The notes under the pieces were generated by a model, which did not search any database, was not told where the DNA came from, and saw only the letters and a list, made by a program, of their open reading frames with translations. A program made the position numbers and the translations under genes. A DNA stretch of 63,355 nucleotides, from the NCBI GenBank assembly GCA_016865865.1, contig VGOC01000006.1, forward strand, positions 1 to 63,355. The letters run 5' to 3'. The number at the start of each line of letters is the position of its first letter. The first letter of the stretch is position 1. Below are positions 31,653 through 41,244 of this stretch, one piece after another. The stretch comes from Chloroflexota bacterium (lineage in GTDB: Bacteria > Chloroflexota > Anaerolineae > Anaerolineales > UBA11858).

Positions 31653-32782
31653 ATGAAGCCTGGCGGGTCGCTGAGCTATTTACTCTCGCGGGGAGGGTAA
31701 TAGATGTCAGGGCGCACGGCGAAGGCAACATCAACGATACCTACCTGGTCACAATCGCTCGAAAGCCCCAGCCCTCCGAGAAATTCATCTTACAACGCAT
31801 CAATACCCACGTATTCAAACGCCCGGAATGGATCGTTGCCAACATGCGCGCCATCACGGAACATGTCGGAGGCAAATCGGTACACGAAAGCGGCGCTTCG
31901 AACCGCAGATGGGAGCTGCCGACGCTACGATCCACGCAGCAGGGAGAGGATTTCTTCGTGGATTCCCAGGGGGCCTTTTGGCGGGCGATCAACTTCATCG
32001 CTGGCGCAAGGGCTTTCGATACCGTCCAAAGCCAGGCGCATGCCCGCGAGGCAGGCTATGCCCTGGGGCGCTTCCAGAGACTGCTGAGCGATCTCGATCC
32101 TGGAAGGCTCCACGATACGCTGGTCGGTTTTCACATCACCCCACGATATCTGCACGCCTATGACGAAGCGGTGAGTCGTCCCTCTCGGGTCGTCGAGTCG
32201 CCTGAGACGCGCTATTGCCACCGCATGATCGCAGAACGCCGCCATTGGGCCTCGGTTCTGGAGGACGCCAGGGATCGAGGCAGGCTGCAAGTCCGCATCA
32301 TGCACGGGGACCCCAAAATAGACAATATCATGATCTGCGAGGAGACTGGCCAGGCGGTCAGCATCATTGATCTGGATACGGTCAAACCAGGCCTGATACA
32401 GTATGACATCGGCGATTGCCTGCGTTCCAGTTGCAATCCTTTGGGTGAGACCACCAGTAAGCTCGATGATGTGCGTTTCGAAACCGACCTCGCCCAGGCC
32501 ATCCTCGAAGGATATTGTTCGGTCGCCGATGAATTCCTGACCGAGAACGACTACGCATACATGTACGACAGCATCCGTCTGTTGACCTTCGAATTGGGGT
32601 TGAGATTTTTCACAGACTTTCTGGCGGGGGATGTGTACTACAAGATCAAATACCCCGAACACAACCTGGAACGCGCCATGGTGCAGTTCAGGTTGACGGA
32701 GAGCATCGAGGTTCAAGAGGCGGCTATACGCGCCATCATCGCTGATCTTATCCCCTTTGCAGCAGCGATGGCTGCAAAGTAA
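31649..32782 (+). CDS. APH/choline-kinase-fold phosphotransferase (N-acetylhexosamine 1-kinase-like)
   Basis: GEGNINDTY, ILQRIN, HGDPKIDN, IDLDTV, YDIGD. Confidence 0.85.
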   Translation: MNEAWRVAELFTLAGRVIDVRAHGEGNINDTYLVTIARKPQPSEKFILQRINTHVFKRPEWIVANMRAITEHVGGKSVHESGASNRRWELPTLRSTQQGEDFFVDSQGAFWRAINFIAGARAFDTVQSQAHAREAGYALGRFQRLLSDLDPGRLHDTLVGFHITPRYLHAYDEAVSRPSRVVESPETRYCHRMIAERRHWASVLEDARDRGRLQVRIMHGDPKIDNIMICEETGQAVSIIDLDTVKPGLIQYDIGDCLRSSCNPLGETTSKLDDVRFETDLAQAILEGYCSVADEFLTENDYAYMYDSIRLLTFELGLRFFTDFLAGDVYYKIKYPEHNLERAMVQFRLTESIEVQEAAIRAIIADLIPFAAAMAAK

Positions 32783-33022
32783 CACCCGTCCTCGGGCGCC
32801 CCGGGGACGGGGCTGGAGATCGTTTTTGTGTGATTTTTCGTTGGGATACTAAGCTGTCGAGGGTAACAGTTTCTCGTAACTCTCAACCAGAATCGCTCCG
32901 GGCTTTTCACCCCGTCTATTGTCTATTGGATTCAGGATCGGTTGACGAGCTTTCCGTAGGTTATATCCATTGCAGCTGATTTCCGATTCGGGAAGTGTCA
33001 ACTTTTATACTGCTCTCAATAA

Positions 33023-33134
33023 TAGGACTTACGCAGTTGCATAAGAGAAGCCCGGAAATTGGGGGTGTGCGGGGTGCTTCGCACCCCGCACACCCCCAAT
33101 TTCCGGTATTTTTTATCGAACTGCGTAAGTCCTG
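33023..33134. mobile_element. MITE-like palindromic element, type B, with target-site duplication
   Basis: 15-bp TIR aggacttacgcagtt / aactgcgtaagtcct; 26-bp central arms with TTC loop; flanking direct repeat tcaataa (33016, 33135). Confidence 0.85.
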
Positions 33135-33160
33135 TCAATAATAGACTTCGCTTCATGCCT

Positions 33161-34180
33161 TCAGAGTTTATGGGCCGATTGACGGAGGGAGTCGAGCCGC
33201 GCCTGGGGCAGGCCGGGCAACACTTCCAGGGCAAAGAAAATGCCTGTCCCTTCGGAAACGATCGAGGCCGAAACGTTGCCATTCAGCACTGCCTCGAGTG
33301 GATCGTATGTGCGCCGATAGCCGGCCAGGAATCCGCCGCAAAATGCGTCACCCACCCCGGTAGGGTTGACCAGCCGCGCCGGATAGGCAGGGATCTCCCA
33401 ACGAGACCCCGAGGCTGCCTCATAGAGCCATTGGCCGCGCTCCCCGCGTTTGATGACCACGAAATCGCATCCATAGGCCGCGATGGCTTCGGCCATTTCC
33501 CATGGGTCTTTGGAGCGTCCTTCGAAGAGCGCCCGCAGGTCCTCCTCCGCCGGAAGAAAGGCGGTCAGCCCGGTGATCAGGCTGGGGACATCATTCCAGA
33601 AAGTCGCATTCATATACCCTGGGGCCGGGTCGAGCGTAACGGTGGTGATGCTCCCCTGGCGCAACACCGCCGGGATCAGGCTGTGAGTCATATAATCGAG
33701 CGGACATAGATGCGCGGCCGATGCCTCCAGATAGATAGCGGGGATATCCCCCTGGCGCAACGAGACTGGCGTCAGCTTCATACGACTATCGAGGGCCTCG
33801 CTGGAGTCTCTATATCCCAACAAAGCCTTCGGGAAAGGCACTCCCAGACGAGCGAAGTGCGTCACCGGGTTGCCTTTGACGCGAGTGGCTTTATCGGTGT
33901 ATATGTAGAAATTCCTCACGTCAACGGCCTCGGGAAGCACGTTCACGCCTCGGGTGTCGAACCCCCTTTGGGCCAGTTCGTCCAGCCAGCCTTGGGGATA
34001 GTCCTCGCCAACACGGGCGATCAACCCTGGGGGAGGCGTGTCCTCCCATAGCTTCGATCCAACGGCGGCATAGGGCGCATTGCCCCCCAGCACATCTACC
34101 ATGGCTTTATCGTCAGCCGTGATGAAGAAGTCACGGTATAACTCCCCAGCGAAGATGAAGCGCGGCGTTTCCATTGTCAT
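33161..34180 (-). CDS. PfkB family carbohydrate kinase
   Basis: GGNAPYAA, VIKRGERG, NPTGVGDAFCGGF. Confidence 0.9.
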   Translation of the reverse strand: MTMETPRFIFAGELYRDFFITADDKAMVDVLGGNAPYAAVGSKLWEDTPPPGLIARVGEDYPQGWLDELAQRGFDTRGVNVLPEAVDVRNFYIYTDKATRVKGNPVTHFARLGVPFPKALLGYRDSSEALDSRMKLTPVSLRQGDIPAIYLEASAAHLCPLDYMTHSLIPAVLRQGSITTVTLDPAPGYMNATFWNDVPSLITGLTAFLPAEEDLRALFEGRSKDPWEMAEAIAAYGCDFVVIKRGERGQWLYEAASGSRWEIPAYPARLVNPTGVGDAFCGGFLAGYRRTYDPLEAVLNGNVSASIVSEGTGIFFALEVLPGLPQARLDSLRQSAHKL

Positions 34181-34222
34181 GAGGTCATTATACTGATCTT
34201 TTCGTTATTGTGCATGCTTTTT

Positions 34223-34331
34223 GTGTGCGCACAAAATATGTAAGGGATTGTCCCGAAAAAGGGGTGTGGGCGTGCTCCGCACGCCCACACCCCTTTTTCG
34301 GGAATCCCTCTGACAACATTTGCACGCACAC
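34223..34331. mobile_element. MITE-like palindromic element, type C
   Basis: Imperfect TIR gtgtgcgcacaaa / tttgcacgcacac; 25-bp arms 34251-34303 with TCC loop. Confidence 0.75.
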
Positions 34332-34375
34332 TACTTGTTCGTAATCATGCGAAATGGCGCGAATGTTGATAAAAT

Positions 34376-34487
34376 GTAACTACTCAGCCAAACGGGGAAG
34401 TTCCCGAAAAAAGGGTGTGCGTAGGGGGCTGCGCCCCCTACGCACACCCTTTTTTCGGGCTAATCCGTTCGATGGCTGAGCAGTTAC
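34376..34487. mobile_element. MITE-like palindromic element, type D, with target-site duplication
   Basis: TIR gtaactactcagcca / tggctgagcagttac; 27-bp arms with TGC loop; flanks gataaaat / gataaaaa. Confidence 0.85.
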
Positions 34488-34506
34488 GATAAAAAGTGTT
34501 TATCTT

Positions 34507-35991
34507 ATGGCCGGAATACAACTTCATCTCCCTTCGATTGGCTCTTCGCGAGAGGAAATTCTTGCAAGAATGCGCGCTGTGCGCGACCATGATGTCAGAT
34601 GGCAGCAAGGCCGCGCCTTCGGGATGACTTATTACATCAGCGAAGAGGTAGACGAGCTGCTCAAAGAGGCCTACACCCTGTTCTTCTCCGAAAACGGCCT
34701 CAACCCGACCGCTTTTCCCAGCCTGCGCAAATTCGAGACCGAAGTGGTCGCCATGACCGCCGCGCTGCTCGGCGGCGACCCTTCGGCATGCTCAGGGGAG
34801 GTCGTGGGCAACATCACAACCGGCGGCACCGAGTCGCTGTTGATGGCTGTCAAAACCGCGCGCGATTGGGCGCGCCAACACAAGCCCGAGGCGCGTGAAC
34901 CGGAGATGGTGCTGCCGCTCTCGGCGCATCCGGCTTTCGACAAGGCTGGCGAATACTTTGGCGTGCGCGTGATCCACACGCCGCTGCGCGAGGACTACCG
35001 CGCCGACGTGGGCGCCATGCGCGCGGCCATCACTCCGAATACGATCTTGATGGCCGCCTCGGCGCCCGCCTATCCTCACGGCGTTGTGGATCCCATCCAC
35101 GAGCTGGCCGAGGTAGCCCAGGAACACGACCTGCTCTTCCACACCGATGCCTGCGTGGGCGGCTTCATGCTGCCGTTCGTGCGCAAATTGGGTTACCCGG
35201 TACCGGACTTCGACTTCAGCGTGACGGGCGTGACTTCTATGTCAGCTGACCTGCACAAATTCGGTTATGCCGCCAAACCGGCCTCGGTAGTGCTCTACCG
35301 GGACGCAGAACTGCGCCGCCATCAAATGTTCGTCTATACCGATTGGCCGGGCGGCATCTACCCCTCGCCGACCATGACTGGCTCACGCGCTGGCGGCCCG
35401 GTAGCCGCAGCCTGGGCTTTGATGAACTTCCTGGGCGAAGAAGGCTACCTGCATATTGCCGGGGCAGTGATGGAGACGACCAAATATATCCAGGCGGGCA
35501 TCGCCGCCATCCCCGGTATCCGGGTGATCTCCGATCCCGAGATGAGCGTCTTCGCCATTGGCCCCTCCGAGGAGGATGGATTGGACGTTTACGAGCTGGC
35601 CGACGAACTCTCGCTGCGAGGCTGGCACTTCGACCGGCAGCACTTTCCGGCCAGTCTGCACGTGACGGTCAGCTACATTCACCAGGCCATTCGGGAGGAG
35701 TTTCTGCGCGATCTGGTCGAGTGCGCTGAGATCGTCCGTCGGCCCAGTCTGCGAAAATCTATCAACCGCGCTGTGATCAGTGTAGCCAATGCCGCCGCCC
35801 GCCTGCTGCCGGAGAAGTGGATGAGCGCCGCCATGGACAAAGCCTCCGCCCTGCTGGGCGGCTCTGGCAGCGGTCTGCCCTCGCGCATGGCGCCCATGTA
35901 CGGACTGATCGGCTCTCTGCCCAATCGAGGCGACTTGAAAGAATTCGTGTTAGATTTGATTGACGGGATTAATCGGTACAGTGAACAGTAA
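34507..35991 (+). CDS. Sphingosine-1-phosphate lyase-like PLP enzyme (group II decarboxylase fold)
   Basis: NGLNPTAFPSLRKFE, TGGTES, HTDACVGG, SADLHKFGY, WPGGIYPSPTMTGSR. Confidence 0.85.
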   Translation: MAGIQLHLPSIGSSREEILARMRAVRDHDVRWQQGRAFGMTYYISEEVDELLKEAYTLFFSENGLNPTAFPSLRKFETEVVAMTAALLGGDPSACSGEVVGNITTGGTESLLMAVKTARDWARQHKPEAREPEMVLPLSAHPAFDKAGEYFGVRVIHTPLREDYRADVGAMRAAITPNTILMAASAPAYPHGVVDPIHELAEVAQEHDLLFHTDACVGGFMLPFVRKLGYPVPDFDFSVTGVTSMSADLHKFGYAAKPASVVLYRDAELRRHQMFVYTDWPGGIYPSPTMTGSRAGGPVAAAWALMNFLGEEGYLHIAGAVMETTKYIQAGIAAIPGIRVISDPEMSVFAIGPSEEDGLDVYELADELSLRGWHFDRQHFPASLHVTVSYIHQAIREEFLRDLVECAEIVRRPSLRKSINRAVISVANAAARLLPEKWMSAAMDKASALLGGSGSGLPSRMAPMYGLIGSLPNRGDLKEFVLDLIDGINRYSEQ

Positions 35992-36035
35992 GCAGTGGGC
36001 AGGAGACAGTAAAAAAACATGACCTGCGCAATCAT

Positions 36036-36126
36036 GCCTGACACCCCGGCGCCTGGCACTTGGCACATGACACTTGACACCTGACACTCGACACCCTCAC
36101 ACTTGACACCCTCACACCTGACACTT
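36036..36126. repeat. Degenerate heptamer array (CTGACAC-like)
   Basis: cctggcacttggcacatgacacttgacacctgacactcgacaccctcacac... Confidence 0.8.
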
Positions 36127-36147
36127 CTATTGCCAAAGGAGCATCCC

Positions 36148-37584
36148 ATGACAGCAGCCACGCACCCCCAATCGAAAAGCGGTAAAATTTCATTCTGGGC
36201 TAAACTGGTCTTCGGTTCAGGCGACTGGAGCACATCCAGCGCCGGCACCCTGCGCCAGATTTTCTACGCCATCTTCTTGACCGATGTGGTGGGCCTGGAG
36301 CCGCGTCTGGCATCGCTCGCAGCGCTGGCCGGGATCATCTGGGACGCCATCAACGATCCGTTGGTGGGCATGCTAAGCGATCGAATCCAAACGCGCTGGG
36401 GACGCCGCCGCCCCTTCCTGTTGTTTGGCGCTATACCCTACGGGCTGAGCTTCCTGATCCTGTGGTGGGCCCCGCCCTGGGAGAGTCAGATCGCTCTTGC
36501 GGTGACTGTCTCGCTGGCGTTCATGCTCAGCGACACCTTCCAGACTCTGATCGGCGTGCCGCTGTACGCCCTGACCCCCGAGATCACACCCGACTACGAC
36601 GAGCGCACCTCCCTGACCACCTATCGCATGTTCTTCAATTTGTTTGCCTCGCTGGCGACAGCCGTAGCCGCGCCTGCTATCGTCGACTCAGCCCTGGCCA
36701 GCGGAGCGACGCAGCAGCAGGGCTATTTGATCGTTTCGGCTCTTTTCGGGGGGTTGGCGGTGATCCCTCTGCTGCTGATCTTCTTCGTGGTGCGCGAGCG
36801 CGTCCGTTCGGAGGAGGAGATCGAACGCGAGCAAAAGACGCCCTTCAGCGAAACCCTGCGCACTGCCTGGGCCAACATCCCCTTCCGCTTCGCCACCGCC
36901 ATCTACATGCTCAACTGGATCACCTTCGACCTGGTAGCCCTGGCGCTGCCTTTCTTCCTGACCTATTGGGTAGCCAGCGGGGATCTGCTCGAAAAAGCCC
37001 TCGGACTGCCGCTCGAATCGGCGGTCTTTGCCCTGCTGCTCGTCACCTCGGTAGTGGTGCTGCCTTTCTGGCTGTGGCTCTCCAAGCGGTTCAACAAACA
37101 CATCGCCTACATCATCGGCATGTCCTTCTGGGCGGGGGTGCAATTGCTCATCTTCACCATCCAGCCAGGGCAGATCACTTATATTCTCGTGCTTTCCGTG
37201 CTGGCCGGCATCTCGGTCTCGGTGGCGCATGTGCTGCCCGACGCCATCTTCCCCGACGTGATCGAATGGGGCGAGCTGCGCACCCGCCGCCGTCAGGAGG
37301 GCATCTATTACGGCGTGAAGAACTTCATCCGCAAACTGACCGGGGCTTTAGCCATCTTCATTGCCCTGCAAGTGCTGGGCTGGTTCGGTTACCAGACCCC
37401 GCCGGAGGGAGCAACATTTTTCACCCAATCTGACGTCACCCTGACCGCCATCCGCGTGATGATTGGGCCCTTCGGCGCGGTGCTGCTCTTCAGTGCAGTC
37501 ATCATGGCCTGGTTCTATCCCCTGACCCGCGAACGCCACGCCCGCATCCGGAATCTGCTGGAGCAGCGGCAGGGACGCGCCTGA
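36148..37584 (+). CDS. GPH/MFS_2 family cation symporter
   Basis: WDAINDPLVG.LSDR..TRWGRRRPF, YDERTSL, RRQEGIYYG. Confidence 0.9.
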   Translation: MTAATHPQSKSGKISFWAKLVFGSGDWSTSSAGTLRQIFYAIFLTDVVGLEPRLASLAALAGIIWDAINDPLVGMLSDRIQTRWGRRRPFLLFGAIPYGLSFLILWWAPPWESQIALAVTVSLAFMLSDTFQTLIGVPLYALTPEITPDYDERTSLTTYRMFFNLFASLATAVAAPAIVDSALASGATQQQGYLIVSALFGGLAVIPLLLIFFVVRERVRSEEEIEREQKTPFSETLRTAWANIPFRFATAIYMLNWITFDLVALALPFFLTYWVASGDLLEKALGLPLESAVFALLLVTSVVVLPFWLWLSKRFNKHIAYIIGMSFWAGVQLLIFTIQPGQITYILVLSVLAGISVSVAHVLPDAIFPDVIEWGELRTRRRQEGIYYGVKNFIRKLTGALAIFIALQVLGWFGYQTPPEGATFFTQSDVTLTAIRVMIGPFGAVLLFSAVIMAWFYPLTRERHARIRNLLEQRQGRA

Positions 37585-37619
37585 CTTTCGAAATCGCGGT
37601 TTTCGGTCGAGAGCATGGA

Positions 37620-39113
37620 ATGATGATGATCGAACCGACTCTCCTGTCTCAAGGTGGTGGGCCGGAACCCACGCATCTCATCCTGTGTGGTAGTCTCCTG
37701 TTGATCATCGCCCTCGCAGCCATCGTTCTATTCCTGCTACGGAGACAGGAGCAGCCGTGGCGGGTGAAAGCGGAGGCTGCCATTCCGAGACCTGCTCAGC
37801 CGGAGGAGGTCTCCAAAGTCCCCCGGATAAAGAAGGGGTACGCCTCCCGGGCTGTAGGATTCACCATCAACCTGTTTTCCAGTTTTGTCGCCGCGATCTT
37901 TGCCGTGTTGTTTTTCGTCAGCGCGCTGCTGACTCTGATCTTATTCAACGTCGGCAGGCAACTATTCGATCCGGACCTGTATAAGCGCGCCCTGGTCGAA
38001 CAGGGCGTCTACGAGAAATTCCCAGCGTTGGTGGCCGATCAGATGACGTTTCAACTTGCCTATGCTGAGAAGCGCGCCGGCACAGACATCGAGAACATGA
38101 CCGCCTCGCCCGAGTTGGAAGCCTGTCTGAGGGGGGCGCTGGGTGACGAAGCCTTCGAAGCTATCGCCGCTTTCGAGCGAGAACCGGACGATGCCGAGAT
38201 CGAAGGGATGAAGCCGTGCTTCGCCCAATATGGGGAGACGGAAAGCGACGGGGGAGGCGGGCCGCCGCCCGGTCTGGCCACCCTCACCCCCGCAGACTGG
38301 GAGGCGATTCTCTCTCATCTCATCCCGAGCGCCTGGATGCAAGCCCAGACCGAAAGCCTGATAGACCAGGCCTTTGCTTCCCTCGAATCAGACGGTCCGG
38401 CTCCGCCGATCACGATCTCGCTGACAGCGTTGAGGGAACATCTCGCTGGAGGCGCGGCGGTGGAGGCCTTCCTGCAAGTCGTGCGGGCGCGGCCGCCATG
38501 CAACGAAGAACAACTGGCAGCGCTCGCCATCGAGCCGCTCGGGGACCTGCCGACCTGCCGCCCGCCCGAGGCAATACTCGACGCGCTGGCCCAGGAGGGC
38601 GGGGAGATTCTGAGCGAGGCCATCCTCGATATCCCCGACGAGGTCAACCTCAGCAAGGCCTTCCAGGGCGAAGGCGAACCTGGCGCAGCGCAGCCTTCGG
38701 AGGGCGGAGGGCCGTTCGGCAACAACCCGCGACAGACTTTGCGGTGGATTCGGGTTGGCCTGAATTTAAGCCCGCTGCTCCCGATCGTCCTGCTTCTACT
38801 GGTCACTCTATTTGGCGTGCGCTCGTGGAGAGGCTGGTTGAGCTGGTGGGGCGCTCTTTTCTTTTTCGTCGGTTTCACCGGCCTCGGTATGGCTTTGGTC
38901 GTTTTACCGGCGATGAACTGGGCAATTGACGCCTACGTAGTCGGCAAGTTGCCGCCGAGCATCTCCCCCGATCTGGCGCAGGTGGGATTGGACGTGGGGC
39001 GGTACATCGTGCGAACGCTCGTGACGTGGATCGGGGGCGAGGCCGGAGTCATCGCGCTGGTCGGGGTGGCTCTCCTGTTGGGTCTGTTTTTCGTCAGACC
39101 GAAGCGCAAATAA
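37620..39113 (+). CDS. Hypothetical membrane protein with large extracytoplasmic domain
   Basis: Two N-terminal and three C-terminal TM segments; paired Cys. Confidence 0.7.
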   Translation: MMMIEPTLLSQGGGPEPTHLILCGSLLLIIALAAIVLFLLRRQEQPWRVKAEAAIPRPAQPEEVSKVPRIKKGYASRAVGFTINLFSSFVAAIFAVLFFVSALLTLILFNVGRQLFDPDLYKRALVEQGVYEKFPALVADQMTFQLAYAEKRAGTDIENMTASPELEACLRGALGDEAFEAIAAFEREPDDAEIEGMKPCFAQYGETESDGGGGPPPGLATLTPADWEAILSHLIPSAWMQAQTESLIDQAFASLESDGPAPPITISLTALREHLAGGAAVEAFLQVVRARPPCNEEQLAALAIEPLGDLPTCRPPEAILDALAQEGGEILSEAILDIPDEVNLSKAFQGEGEPGAAQPSEGGGPFGNNPRQTLRWIRVGLNLSPLLPIVLLLLVTLFGVRSWRGWLSWWGALFFFVGFTGLGMALVVLPAMNWAIDAYVVGKLPPSISPDLAQVGLDVGRYIVRTLVTWIGGEAGVIALVGVALLLGLFFVRPKRK

Positions 39114-39125
39114 TAATAAACCCCC

Positions 39126-39232
39126 ATGAAACGCCCAATACTTGCTGTACTTGCAATCCTGCTCCTGGCGACGCTGGCCTGCGGAGAGTCTGCGGCGACT
39201 GTGACGCCGCCCGCAGAGATCCCCCGCTGCCC
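39126..39232 (+). pseudogene. Truncated lipoprotein N-terminus
   Basis: MKRPILAVLAILLLATLAC lipobox, then runs into antisense HepT. Confidence 0.6.
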
Positions 39233-39577
39233 TTACGCTTCCCCAGGTGGTACATGTGGCTGCAGGGTTGCGATCAGCATGGGCAAATCGTCTTGCGTGG
39301 TTTTCCACAGGATGTTCAGGTTGATATCAAAATAGGCGTGCACCAAACGGTGGCGCATCCCGATAATGTCATCCCAGGGAACGGCCGGCACTTCCGCTCT
39401 GCTGTCCGGGTGCATCTGATAAGCCGCTTCGCCGATGATCTCGACAGCCTTCACCAATGCCCACACGAGCTGAAGGTCGTGATCGAGGTCGTCACGGGAG
39501 CGGCCTTGAGCAAAACGAATCGCCTCGCGTGCGGCATCCAGAATGTGCCGTAACCGTATCGCGTCATCCGGTCGCAT
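39233..39577 (-). CDS. hepT: HepT (DUF86) HEPN ribonuclease toxin
   Basis: [32 protein letters not shown] (Rx4HxY). Confidence 0.9.
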   Translation of the reverse strand: MRPDDAIRLRHILDAAREAIRFAQGRSRDDLDHDLQLVWALVKAVEIIGEAAYQMHPDSRAEVPAVPWDDIIGMRHRLVHAYFDINLNILWKTTQDDLPMLIATLQPHVPPGEA

Positions 39578-39869
39578 ACTGCACCTCGGCTTCCATGAGG
39601 ACATTCTGCCGAAAATAGCGGCTGAGGTCCTCGGGCGTACGCAAATCAACCTTGTGGCCGCCCAGTAGAATGGAAAGCTCCCGCTCCATACGCGCGATGC
39701 CGAAAAGGCTGGGGATGCAGTCGGGCTCAAACTCAACCAGCACGTCGATGTCACTCTCCGGGCGGAAGTTGTCGCGCAGCGCTGACCCAAAAACCGCAAG
39801 CCGCCGGATCCCCCGCTCGCGGCAAAACCCGGCAAGAGCATCACGGGGTACTGATATTCGTGGATTCAT
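39564..39869 (-). CDS. mntA: MNT minimal nucleotidyltransferase antitoxin
   Basis: [26 protein letters not shown]. Confidence 0.9.
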   Translation of the reverse strand: MNPRISVPRDALAGFCRERGIRRLAVFGSALRDNFRPESDIDVLVEFEPDCIPSLFGIARMERELSILLGGHKVDLRTPEDLSRYFRQNVLMEAEVQYATG

Positions 39870-40065
39870 GGTTCCACCTCCATAACCTTCAGGCTCTCGA
39901 TCCCCCGGTCGTCCACGATCTTGAGGGCGATGCGCTTGTGCTCACCCCCGCGTCCGGGTCGGTCTCCGGCGTCACCAGCCCAACGGGAGGATTATTGACG
40001 CGCTGCTTGTCCTTGTGCTCGTAGGAGTCGATCGGGCGTTTCGTGTTGGTCTTCTTTCGTGTCAT
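39866..40065 (-). pseudogene. Collapsed type III-like DNA methyltransferase (first ~40 and last ~27 codons only)
   Basis: RBS + MTRKK..YEHKDKQRVNNPPVGLVTPETDPDAG joined out of frame to [21 protein letters not shown], stop overlapping the MNT ATG. Confidence 0.7.
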
Positions 40066-40317
40066 CAAGTCTCTCCTGTCCGACGATTCATGCGCTGGTA
40101 CGTGAGGCTAGCATTGAGATCTTCAGAACGCACCCCGCTCTGCCAATCCTGGCGCTGCCAATAGATTTCCCCGCCGGTACCCAGGTCGGCGACATATTCC
40201 AGCCATTCGAGGTGCTATGGGTAATGAGAGGGGGATATTTTGTGTATTCATGACCATATCTCCACGTAAACAAGTATAGCACGTATCTACGTGAAGCAGA
40301 CATGCAACGTTCGGCCT

Positions 40318-41232
40318 TCACCCCTGCGCCAGCGACAGGAACACATCCTCCAACGTCGGCTCGACGCGCCCGATCTGGACGTGATTGCCCCCTAAAGCCT
40401 CCAACGCTCGCCGCAAATCCGCTTCATGTATCCCCGGCTCGGTGACCGCCCGCAGGTGATCCCCCGCCAGCCCAGCCCGCAGCACACCCGGGGTCTTTTC
40501 CAGAATGCCCAGGGCGGGCAGCAACCCTCCTTCAGGGGCGACCACGTCCCAGGCCAGACCGGGCAGGGCGCTCTCCTTCAAGGCCGAGGGGGTATCCATC
40601 GCCAGCAATCGCCCGCTGCTCATGATCCCCACCCGCCCGCAGTACTCGGCCTCGTCCATGTAATGGGTGGTCACAAAGGCCGTCACCCCCTCCTCGACGA
40701 ATTCATAGATCAAATCCCAGAAATCCCGCCGGGCGGTGGGGTCTACACCGCTGGTGGGTTCATCCAAAAAGAGCAGTTTCGGGCGGTGCACGATGGCCGT
40801 CCCCAGGGCAAGACGCTGGCGCCAGCCCACCGGCAAATCCCCGGCCAATTCACCCTTCAATTCCATCAAATCCAAACGCGCCAGAGTCTCCTCGAGATAC
40901 GCCCGATCCCGCACGCCGTAGACTCCAGCGTAGAACTCCAGGTTTTCCCACAAGGTCAACTCATCGTACAGGGCGAACTTCTGCGACATATAGCCAACCC
41001 GCTCGCGGATGGCTTCGGAATCCCGTACGATATCGTAACCCAACACTTTCGCCGACCCTTGTGTGGGCAACAGCAGCCCCAACAACATGCGGATGGTGGT
41101 GGTCTTGCCAGAACCGTTAGGCCCCAGGTAGCCCAGTACTTCCCCGGCGCGCACTTCGAAGGTCACGCCATCCACGGCGCAGAAATCGCCGAAATATTTG
41201 GTCAAAGCGTTAGTTTCGATAACCGTGTCCAT
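40318..41232 (-). CDS. ABC-2 type transporter ATP-binding protein
   Basis: GPNGSGKTT, LPVGWRQR, LDEPTSGVDP. Confidence 0.92.
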   Translation of the reverse strand: MDTVIETNALTKYFGDFCAVDGVTFEVRAGEVLGYLGPNGSGKTTTIRMLLGLLLPTQGSAKVLGYDIVRDSEAIRERVGYMSQKFALYDELTLWENLEFYAGVYGVRDRAYLEETLARLDLMELKGELAGDLPVGWRQRLALGTAIVHRPKLLFLDEPTSGVDPTARRDFWDLIYEFVEEGVTAFVTTHYMDEAEYCGRVGIMSSGRLLAMDTPSALKESALPGLAWDVVAPEGGLLPALGILEKTPGVLRAGLAGDHLRAVTEPGIHEADLRRALEALGGNHVQIGRVEPTLEDVFLSLAQG

Positions 41233-41244
41233 AAAGTTCAAGTT

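Noticed and set aside
33023-34487. Possible CRISPR array from clustered palindromes
   Set aside because: No identical direct repeats with regular spacers and no cas genes
40088-40321. 77-aa ORF upstream of the collapsed methyltransferase
   Set aside because: No recognisable motif; may be further gene debris but cannot be assigned
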